Shown piece after piece: positions 1-10,282 of a DNA stretch of 52,747 nt. How positions within the stretch are numbered: position 1 is the stretch's first letter; each line of letters begins with the position of its first letter. This DNA comes from Pelomyxa schiedti. Lineage: Eukaryota > Protista > Evosea. A program made the position numbers and the translations under genes. Location: contig JAHLWZ010000595.1 of NCBI GenBank assembly GCA_020536535.1, positions 1 to 52,747 on the forward strand. The letters are read 5' to 3'. Under the pieces are notes generated by a model. That model saw only the letters and a list, made by a program, of their open reading frames with translations, was not told the DNA's origin and made no database searches.

Positions 1-110
1 GTGCTTCACCATGCGTCCACCACATGAGCTGCCCAATGTTGTACCCATCACCTGCCCTAATCCCATTTGCTAGAGCATTCAGGCCATCACGTAACTCACA
101 GGAAGTCCAT
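1..110 (-). CDS. Possible 5' end of a gene running off the left edge (MDFL|AGDGYNIGQLMWWTHGEA...)
   Basis: ATG at 110-108, a GTGAGT donor and a TAG acceptor give an open frame to the window edge. No family recognised. Confidence 0.3.
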
Positions 111-520
111 TCTCCTTGTGGATCTTACTACTGTTGAGTGAGTTGTCGGTGACTGAGGAAGAGGTGGCGTAGTGGCGTGTTGCTCTTTTTTTTTTTTTTT
201 GTGGTAATGAAAATAAAACGTGCTTTTTTTTTTTGCTCATTCCATTCACGCACGAAGTTTACACTGGTCGCCGTCACACCATCTGTCAACATTGCCAAGC
301 AAGTTTTTTTTGTTTTTATACAGAAGCAAGTTCCGCCCAAAGCGGGTAAAGCAAAGCGTTTAAAAGACTTTAAAAGCTTAAGCGTGGGTCCGTTGGATGC
401 CCGACTCCAAAAGGGAGACTGCACCACCTCCCAATACAGATTCTTGTTTGGAACCACAAATACACGGTGGTTTGTCTTGTATTGAAATAAAAGGTAGGAA
501 TTTTGCGTTCCATGATATTG

Positions 521-2117
521 TCAGGATAGTTCAACAAGTGGGTGTGGTTCTGGGGTGGTGGGGTATTTCTTGTGGTGATTGCGCACGACAAACACCACAA
601 CTGCCGCACTGGTGACTACTGTAACAATGCAGATCACAAGAGCACCCACTCCCAACAGTAAGGAGTTGAGGGTGGTGGGAGTTACATATTTATAAATACT
701 TGAGTATCCCTCTGCCACCTGCTCACAGAAAATCCCGGTATAGGCTGAAAAGCATCTGCAAGAACCAGTACTATCACAAAGGCCAGCTATTTTTTCGTAA
801 GTCTAAGCCAGCTTTAATTAATACCTTTGTTACAAGTTTCGGTATCACAGTACGTTTGGCAAAGAGTGCTAGAGTCATCACCACATTGGGGATAATAGTT
901 AGGAAGGCATTTACAGTTAGTCCTTCCCCATTGGTCGTAAGCCCAGTGTTGACCTGAGAAAGGTTCAGATTAGAATAATAACTACGCTTGGGAGACTTGC
1001 CTGTATTAGCTCCGCAGTCACATCCTCCATTAAATAGGCACGACCCAACCCCATTGCAGTTAACTTCAGGTCCACATTTAGAATAAAAGTCCTGGTGATT
1101 TAGACACTCGACTAGAATTTGGGCCTCCGTTTCAGCAGCTATATCCTGTGCTGTGCGCTTCATAGAGTCGGGGCACGAGCTTGAGAGGTAGTCGTCCTCG
1201 GTGAGTGAAGTGACACACTGGTGAAGCATATTTCCACACTCGCAAGATGTGTACGATTCCACTGTAACACACCAATCATGCATCTTTGAAGGGAAAGGGT
1301 AAGACGGTATATTGACTTCTTTTTATATTGAACCTGGCAGCACAAGTCCAGGGCATCACATGGTTGTTCCCCAGGGCAACCAAAGTAACCAATTGAACAG
1401 AACTTCCCATATTCCCTTACAAGGCCACCAACAGAACAAGCACACTTCCTTGAGCAAGTATCATTGTCTGTAGGTCCCCACGCTAATTAAAATTAGAAAA
1501 AATAAGAGGAGGTAGCCAAAGTCAAACCTGATTGATACACACAGGACTCGTCATAAGTTGTAGCATGGAAGTCATAATTGAAAGCCTGCAAATCAGTGCA
1601 GCCGATGCCATACCTGCATACGAAAATGCCAATTACAATCACGGGAAAAGAAAGAAGAAGAAGAAAAGAAAAGAAAAAGTAAAAAAAAAAAATCACGGCT
1701 CCCAAGAGCCCAGACTCACGGCTGGCAAGTAGGCTCGACGTCAAGAAGCCAGCAGTCTTCAGAAGCCCTAATCCACGTGTCCGCGCACGTCTCGTACGCG
1801 TCGTAGCGGCCGACGCACGTCGCCGACGATTCGCACCAGTCGCACTCCCCGTTCAGCATGCACTGCTGGCACGACGTGCCGTCGGCCGAGCCGCACGACG
1901 CCCCGACGCCGGTCGCGAGGGCCATGGCTCGCGACGCGAACTTTGACATCATGTGGTGCGCGTAGTCGTGCGCCCGGTGGCCGATCGCCGCGAACGGCTG
2001 CTCCAGCTGGTTGGGGCCATCGTCGACGTCGATGGGCGCCGTAGCTGCGGACACTGCGAGAAGTGATGCAGTCAGAAGAAGCACGAGGGCCGCGATGACA
2101 AATCCCCAGAGATACAT
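521..2117 (-). CDS. Type I membrane protein: signal peptide + PSI domain + GCTD-type motif + plant-type (group XI-like) secretory phospholipase A2 domain + EGF-like repeats + TM helix (436 aa)
   Basis: Exons 2117-1720, 1613-1528, 1482-1334, 1283-1001, 953-825, 786-521 total 1311 nt and stay in frame. PSI: SCQQCMLNGECDWCESSATC. PLA2: CSRKC..REYGKFCSIGYFGCPGEQPCDALDLCCQ|MHDWCV. EGF: CNKAGLCDSTGSCRCFSAYTGIFCE. TM: LLLGVGALVICIVTVVTSAAVVVFVV. Confidence 0.85.
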
Positions 2118-2442
2118 CTTTGCTTGCTTGCTTGGATTGTGTTGTGGTGTGTTTATTTTATATTTGTGCTTGTGTCTGCGTTGTGGTGTTGGATCTTTGT
2201 TCTGTCTTTTCCCCTGCCTGTTTCCTTCTTTCCTTTTTTTTGTGTTTGAACGGAACTTTTCTTTTGCCGGATCTCCAGGTTTTTGGGAAGTTTGTGATGA
2301 ATACAAAGTGTAAAATCCCTGCGTTGCTTCTAGATTTAGGTGTCGTGGCCCTGGGGTAAAAGGGGAAACTCCCAGCCCTTGTGTTTTTGTATGTATAACG
2401 ACTGTGTCGGGAAGGCGATGGGGTGGGATGTGAATGATGGGT

Positions 2443-5400
2443 TTAGTAGCCACCTACAACTCCTCTTCTGGACCTGTTGCTGAAAGATACTGGTTTTGCT
2501 GGTGTTGGTTGCTGTAGAATGCGTGACTGGATGTTGCTGTTCCCATTTACAACTGCAGGTGAATAACCAGGGGGGTACTGCAGTGGAGCCAGCAGCGGGC
2601 CGGGCCGGGGCTGGCTCGAGGCTGTGCTGAATGTGCTGAATATGCTGTTGGTACTGCTGTTGTGTGATTGTGGGGCGAAGCGGTTGAGAGTAGTTGTTGT
2701 TGCTGCTGCTGCTGGTGGAGTGGTGGATGAACTTATGGGAGGCTGGGGGACTGAGCTTGTTTGCGGCTGAAAGGAAACAGTGCTCTCACCGCTGGAAGAT
2801 ATCCTTTGCACTGTGTAGTGTTGGTTTTAGGTGTCAAGTGCTTGAAAGAGACCTGTTCCGTCCGGGAACACGTTTTCTTCATCCCCGTTGGGAAATATCT
2901 GCTTTTGTGTGCCGTCGGGGAAGGTGATTTCTTTTCTTCCATCAGGGAAGTGCTTTTCAATCTGTTTTTAGCATATAAGTGCTGGCACTAGTATACAATA
3001 TTCTGAAAGGGGAGAGACAGACTTGGCGATTGGCAAAGTAGTATACTTGTAATCCATCAGGGAATGTGGCATGGGTAGTGTTTGCATTTGCGTAGTAGTA
3101 TATATTCTTACTATCAGGAAACACCTTTTTGATGAGTAAGTGCATCTGAATAATTTACTGATCTCTTACTTGTTTTATATCACCATTCTTAAAATATACC
3201 TATTTGTTGGTGAGGAAAAAACTTGAGTAGTTATTGGGGAGAATACACATGAGTGTCCATCAGGAAGTATCGTCTTGCGAGTGCCGTTAGTGAATTGTAA
3301 AGTTCTTCTGCCACTAGCAAAAATTCTTTCAATCTTGTGGAAAATCACTTCATGAATGTGAAAAAGAAGTTACTTTGCCATCCTGAGAACAATTCTCTTT
3401 CAAAAGAGTGTCCCCTCGTGGGGAAGTTACTTCTTTAGTTAGCCAACCGACTTGTTCTTTTTAACATTAAAATTATGGAAGAACTTGAAAAAATGGGAAA
3501 CCTTGAAATGGAGGGCCACTTTCATCTGCAGGTACTGGCGCAGTAGGAGTCGCGATATTAGACAGTTCTGTTGTTCTCACTACTGGAGGAGGAGCTTTCT
3601 GTCTTGTTTCTGGTTTACAGTTATGGCAAAAAACAAAAAAAAGACGAACCAGAAGGTTTTTGTTGAATTGTTGAAGTCCTTTCCTGGGCAATATCAAGAG
3701 CTCTTTTTTCATGAAACCTAACTTCTTGCTCAAGTTCCGATACTTGGGCAGTTAGTTCCTCAATCCTCTTTTTCGATCTGTCAAGAGCACCCTGGTATTT
3801 TGCCTGAACTCAAGAAAGTCATTAGAATAAGCCCTTTTCCGAATTTACTTCATTTATTTAGCCTAATAGTGCTGAGACCTACTTTTTGAGATTTAAATTC
3901 TGTGTCTAACTGTAGATATTGATTTTGTAAAGCTTCCAGATCATCTTTCAACCTTGTGGGATTGAGTTGAAAGTGAGAAATCGAGGAGATACTTTTTCTC
4001 GGAGTCAGACTTCCTGGCAATGGATTGAACTCGCTCCCGTTTAATTTTTTTTAGTTCGTCTTCTTTAAACTTCTCAAATTGCTCCAGTTGGGCGGCTTTT
4101 TCTCGTTCAAATGATGCCTTATCCAAATTACTTATAACTTATCTTACACTCTAGCATACTTTATCAGCCTTGAGTTGCTGTAATAAAACTTCGTGATCTT
4201 CTCGTATTCGCTTGAGTTTGTCATTTTCTTGTCTATACTTGGAGATTTCTTCCTCCAATATCTGGGGGAGTTAGAACACAGAAAGAAAACGACTGCAGGT
4301 ATAACCTTTTGTTTTTCAGCAATTTCCCTTTCTTTTACCTTGGCGTTGCTTGTTTTTTTTAAGGTAGCTGGAGCAGAAGCACTTCCCCGTGCATTGAGAG
4401 TGACTGGATTGGCTGTTGTGGGTTGTTGTAAATGAAACACCCTTGTGACTAATGACGATGCCCCAGGAGTTGCACCAGCAAAGTTCTGGTCAGAGCTTGC
4501 CTTGTATAGTGTGAGGTATGATCATCAACCTAAAGAGTTGCAAAAAAAAAGGGAAAGCACTACCTTGCTTTTAGAGAGAAGGTTCAGTGCAGAGTGTGCA
4601 ACTGGATCTTCTACAGAACCCCAAGCATCTTCGTCACCAAATACCTTCAAAATATTAATCCCTCAGACAATTTAGAAGGGTACCATAGAATCTTGCCCAT
4701 TTAAAGTGGGAGGAGTTTTTTTGGATGTGTTATTTTGACATGTCAGAATTTGTGCTTCGAGGTTTTCAAACTCCAGTAACTCTTTGTTCTATATTCATTT
4801 AATTGGGGAAGAAACTCTTATGTAATTACTTGCTGCTGCTTCCACTGGAGCCACTGACTGGCGGGCATAGCACTGGCAAGGAGTTTTTGTTCAATGAGAG
4901 CAAGGGCTGATCTATCTTGCAATGAACTGGTTTTTGGAGGCTCTACTGGGGGCACAAGTGGTTGCTGGATCATAACTTGTGATGAACGGTTGCTGTTCTG
5001 TTTATTTTGTGATGGATGTGTAATTATGGACTTTTCTGGGAGGTTTGATTTATCAGGGTCACCAGGTGCTTGTTTGGATATTTCAGACGCACTCCCTTTC
5101 TTGGAGCTTAATATTGACTTGAAGTCCATCTGAGGATTTCTTCCAGAATTGGTCATTGGTTTGCCTGTTGGTTTCCCATCCAAATTGGATTTCTCCAGTT
5201 CAAAATCTGTGCGTTGAGGAGCTTGTGTGCCAATTGCCTGTGCTGAAGTGGCTTTTCTGAGACTGTTTTGATTTGATGAAGGTTTAGGAGCTTCACTCAC
5301 ATTTTTGGGAACACTTTCAATGCCTGTAAAGCTAACCTTTATTTTAATCAGAGAGAAAAATATCAAATGGAACTTACAAACTTTTAGTTCAGAGGCTTTG

Positions 5401-6799
5401 GAGTCAGGTACTCGTTTTGTCTTGTCTTGGGGCGGATTCTCGGTATTTTCTGGATCGGCCCCCTTCAGTAATTGATTTGCAGGAAAATAGATTAATATAA
5501 GATGTTACATGGCTACGTTCTGCAGCCTTCTGCTTGGCAAGCAGGTAGGCAATTGGTCTTCCTCCCCGATCTCCCCGCTTGAGGAAGGTACTTTTCTTAG
5601 GAGATGCTTTTTGTGGTGATGCTGTTTGCTGACTCTCTCGCATGGCCTTTTCAACAAGTTCGTCAAATGTAAGTGCTTTTGCTCCTTCACCTTTTTTCTT
5701 TTTTCAGCATTTTTAGAAAAAGATAACCGAGATTACCTATCCCTGGGCATATTGGTTTCTCTTCTTGATTTGATGCTGACTGAGTGTCTTTTTCAGCACT
5801 ATTTTCAGGGATAGAGGTATCAACGTGAGTCGGATTGGTTGGAGTGCTCAAATGAGCAGGGGATTGGAGCTCGTCTATGGTGTGATTTGATTGTAAGTGC
5901 TCTGAGCTAAGATCATTGCCTCGTTCTGTGGAAGAATTTTCTGTATTTTTTTGTGGTGTTTGAAAGTGAATGGGCTGCTTCGTCTGTTGCGGTAGGGATG
6001 ATTGTTGTTTCATTTGTCGTAGTGACTGTTGTTGCACTGCCTGTTGTCTTATTGCTTGCTGTTTTTGATTGTTGCTCGAGTCCTTTTGTATCTGGTTTGT
6101 CTGTGGGCCCTCAGAAGGGTATGTTTCTCCTCTACCATCCCCAATTCTGTCTAGTGCCGGCAAGTCGTCCCTCGTAGCTGCAGCAGCCAGTAGCCTGTCA
6201 GCCAAATCCTCGTCCTCTTCCGCGCCATCCGCCACACCAGTTGCAGCAGCGGCTCCTCTGTCAATGGTTGTTCCATTTGCTCCAACTCTGCCACCACGAT
6301 TATTACCCCTGCCACTTCCATTGTTCTTATCCTTGCCCGCGGCGTGTCCGTCAGCGTCGCTGTGCTGGCGGTCATCGTCCCTGGTGCGCCCCAGGTCGCT
6401 CCCCTCGCGATCAGCAGCGCCGCTCAAGTCACAAGTGCCGCTGCCGCAGGAGCTCGAGCCGCCCGACCTCGTGGCCTTGTCTGTTGCCCTCGCTCCGCCG
6501 CGCCGGCCTCCCGACGAGCTGCCGTGCTCTGCGTCGTGATCGTCGTTGGCGCCTCCTCCTGCTTCGTGGGGGACCACGCTGCCGTCCATCGTGAGTGACA
6601 TCGTGCCCCCCATCGTGAGCGTGCCGCCAAGTACCGACAGGTCCAGCTCCTCGCTGACGTAGTCGACTTGGTCGTCAATGTCATCGTACTCCTCTGCAAT
6701 GTCGTCGTCGCCCCCCGAAGCAGCGACGATTTCGCCTCGATTCTTCTTCTCCCCCACTACCACAAACGCCGATACACCACATTTCTTCCCGTCGTTCAT
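2443..6799 (-). CDS. CENPJ: Centriole protein SAS-4/CPAP (Tcp10/G-box domain), multi-exon
   Basis: Spliced C-terminal beta-repeat TCP domain ([73 protein letters not shown]), a central coiled coil and a CPAP-like FLKRG motif near 5580. Start codon less certain. Confidence 0.88.
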
Positions 6800-6967
6800 G
6801 GGACCGGATGGTTTTTTCGTTTTTAATTATGTTTGGTCCAAGGAACCTCAAAACAGACGAAATCGGCGCAGGGAAATTACTCCTGTACTCGTTTGGCAGG
6901 CGAAAACAAAAAGGAAACAAAGAAAAAGGAAAGAGTTCAAGACATGTATTCTAGTAAGTTGATGATT

Positions 6968-7295
6968 TTACAGAAGGGAGAGGCAGAGGGCGAAAGCCAG
7001 GGTGGCCACAGAGACCACGAGGGCGGCAGAGGCTCCGTACTGGTCGGCGGGGACTGCCCCTGCTGCGCTGGCAGAGCTGCCGACGGTCACGCCGCTGACT
7101 GGGTCGATGCGGCTGTCGTCGTCGATGCTGGAGGCGGTCTCGTAGAGCGAGAAGCCCTGGTTGGTCAGGAGTGTGAGCAGAGAGTCCAGGGTGAGCGAGG
7201 TGGAAAGGTCCGAGGCGGTGAGGCCCTGGAGAAGGATGTAGATACCGCTATTGTGGTGGGAAGGGGAGGTTATTGAAAGGGGTTTAGAACTAGGT

Positions 7296-7331
<36 letters not shown>

Positions 7332-8860
7332 CTATTACCTTCCGGTATCGTTAAGAAGCTTGGCGAAAATGCTGTCCATGTCAATTCCAGTATTAAGGTT
7401 GAAATCTGTGCGAGTTGAGAAGAGGAAAAGAGTAGGAAGTTAGTGCACCTTTCATGATCCAGGCGGCAAAGTCGTCCCAGTTGTCCTTAGCATACTCATA
7501 GTCTACATTGTCAAGGTACAACTCCAACTGGGGAATGTCAGTCAATGCTGACAACAGCATAAGAGAAATGTTTCAAATCGAGAGTAAATTACATCCGTCG
7601 CAGACTTCGGGCATTGTGAGGCCAGCCTCAGTAAACAGAGTTTCAAAGCGGTTGTATACTTCCTCCTCAAGGACAGTGTTATACAGGGCAGAGAAGCAGC
7701 AACCTAAAAGGAGTGAACGCTAATACTAGAATTATTAATCCAACCAGCAGTATCCACCAAATTTGTAAGAGCATCGAGGCAGTCTTGGGTAAGATCGGTG
7801 GTTGGGCAAAGGGTCATCACATCTTTTGTTAGTTACTACATTTATAAAAGGGTAAAAAAACGGACTGGAAGTGGTGAGGGCATTATAAGCAAGAGGCCAG
7901 CAAAGATCGCCATCAGCATTAGTGTAACACAAAATGTCAAAGGCTTGATCCCAGGTGTCGTCATCGAAATAGTCGTTCAGAGACATATAGCGAGGAATAC
8001 AAGCAGACGTGCAAGACTAGAAGGTGTGAACAGGGGAAAAAAAGGCGACTCCACATACAATTGTGGCAGCAGTCAAGTAGTCATCATCGTCAAAAGCAAT
8101 GCTTAGATCCTGAAGTTCCAGAGCACACCAAGTGTCTCCCTCCTTCATGCACACACTCGAGTAAGCAGTTAAGTCCGTCAGTTGTGTGTCGATAGAGGCA
8201 TAGGAAACCAACTGCGGAAGTGAGACAAGGACAACATAGCGTTTCGTACCTGAGACCAGTAGTAGGGAATGCAAGGATCACAGTAAGATTCAAGCTCGGT
8301 CTCTGTTACAGGCCAGGTGATCCCGGCATCGAGCATTGCTTGCATGGAAACCATGCAGAACTCGCCGTCGAGCTAAGACGGTGTTGGAGAATTGAAGGAC
8401 TGAGGAGGGCGTACTTGAAGGCAAACAGTACCGATCATTTCAATGATGGGATCAATGTTGGTATAAACTATGCTTACGCCACATTCATCGGCCATATTTT
8501 CGAGGAGCGTGTTAAAGTTCTTTTGTTGGGAAAATGTTAGTGGCGAAGCACAACGAGAAAACCTACGTTAAATGTGCAGTCACCAGAACTTGCGCAGAAT
8601 GAATCCAGTTCAGATTCAAGGTTATCATCAAGAATAGTGGGAAACGAAGAGTAGCATTCCTACGCTCCGTCAATTAAAAGTCAGAGTTAGGACTCATTCC
8701 GTACCGCAAACATGGCGGTCAACTCAGACGCCGAATCCAGGCATCCCTGCGTTATGGTAAAAAAAAAGGCGTATCAACGGGAAAAAAAGGGGCCTACCGC
8801 TGAGCTAAAAGTGACGAAGGAACAGAGGGCAATAAACCCTAGTACGATTACGCTTTTCAT
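6968..8860 (-). CDS. Secreted Cys-rich, acidic, probably GPI-anchored surface protein, multi-exon
   Basis: Signal peptide MKSVIVLGFIALCSFVTFSSA, Cys-rich spliced exons and a C-terminal hydrophobic tail GASAALVVSVATLAFALCLSLL*. Confidence 0.7.
7298..7331. repeat. 34-nt poly(G) homopolymer within an intron
   Basis: Read directly. It lies between a minus-strand GTAATAG donor and AATAG acceptor. Confidence 0.9.
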
Positions 8861-9092
8861 TTTTTTTTCCTATTTACCGTTCGTTGTGGGTAGTTGTTGT
8901 TGCTGTTTGTTTTTTTTAAAAAAGTTGTGACTTTTTCGTTTTTTATTTTGTCCTGCGGTTATGTTGCAGCTGTTTCCGGAAAAGTGGTGGAAACTGGTGA
9001 GGCGGTATTTTTGGGATATACGCTAAGAAGAACATAAAAACAATAAGGCAGTTCCGGGTAAGGGAACTGCAGATGATCAACTTTTAGTTCCG

Positions 9093-9980
9093 CTACGCGC
9101 AGAGATCTCTCAGTCTCTCAAGACTGACTTGGGCCCAGCCACAATTGGGCAACCATATCCCGCACACTTTGTGCAAGAAGTCCTGGTGCGCGAACGCGAC
9201 GATCTTGCGGTCTTGAGGTAGAACCTCGGGAAGGATTTCAGGTGATGTGGCCAAATGGAATAGCAACTGTGCAAACTGCCGGACCCTGAAGTCTGTGTCC
9301 TCATCAGGTTCTATCAACAGCCTTCTGGCGAAAACACTACGCCAAAACTCAGGCTTGGAATGTGTCACACAGGTTTCACACAGTCCAATGGGGCTACACG
9401 CAGCCCCGTCAGTAGTACTTGTATTCGATGATGTTGTGGTTGTCGCTGCTGCTGTGCTACTCGCCATTGAAGCAGCATCACCACCACAGTCAACAATCCC
9501 TCCTCCACACGTGCAATGGTCGGCCAGTTCGCCGCGGTACCACCACAGTTCCTTGGTCATATATCCATAGTCAAACACAGGTGGCTCAAAAACTCTCCTG
9601 AGCGTCGACGTCAGAGTCCCCACGTTGCAGCTGTGGTACATTGGCTCGGCGCACAGCGTAGTGACTATCACCCGCGAAACGGCATTTCGCGTAACTGTCG
9701 GTTCGGCCGCAGCGTCTGCAGATCGGCCCGTGGGCAGCGGCGGAGGCGTGTGCAGTTGGAGCGAGTACGCAGCGGTCTGGAGGGCCCGCGTCAGCGGGGA
9801 GCTGACCGCGATTGTGGGACGGAGGACCTGCAGGAACTCGTGCAACTTGCCCGACGACGCCTGGGCGACGCCGTGGGCTGTCAACTTGGGATCTATTATC
9901 AACGGATCGGACCAATGTCCACCAACAGTCTGTGCTTGGTTGTACTCGGACTCACCATGCCGTATTACGTAAACTGACAT
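9093..9980 (-). CDS. Histidine phosphatase / phosphoglycerate mutase family protein, single exon
   Basis: VIRHGESEYN catalytic motif, DPKLTAHGVAQA, SSPLTRALQTA and C-terminal FAH. Confidence 0.9.
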   Translation of the reverse strand: MSVYVIRHGESEYNQAQTVGGHWSDPLIIDPKLTAHGVAQASSGKLHEFLQVLRPTIAVSSPLTRALQTAAYSLQLHTPPPLPTGRSADAAAEPTVTRNAVSRVIVTTLCAEPMYHSCNVGTLTSTLRRVFEPPVFDYGYMTKELWWYRGELADHCTCGGGIVDCGGDAASMASSTAAATTTTSSNTSTTDGAACSPIGLCETCVTHSKPEFWRSVFARRLLIEPDEDTDFRVRQFAQLLFHLATSPEILPEVLPQDRKIVAFAHQDFLHKVCGIWLPNCGWAQVSLERLRDLCA

Positions 9981-10282
9981 TCATGAGAGTCTGATGGCTG
10001 TTTCAAAGACCGGAATGACTCTGGAATTACTGCAACTCTCGCAATGGGTAATGGTCCCAGAGGGAGCATTTTTTCCTCGGCGGGGTGTTGGGAAACTCGA
10101 AGCTTGAACAAGAAGGGATGCCTTTTTTAACTTTCTAAGAAATCTCGATCACAACCGGAAAATGAAAAATAGCTCTCTGGTTGTTGTTTTTTCGTTTCGT
10201 TTTGTTGCTTTTTTATTTACCCGAAGATCCCACCAGTGTGGAGGCTTTTGTCGACACAACAACAACTGCAACACGGACAACC

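Noticed and set aside
7268-7384. Poly-proline stretch in ORF 6968..7384
   Set aside because: It comes from the poly(G/C) run inside an intron. The spliced frame reads ...KLLNDTGS|GIYILLQG without it.
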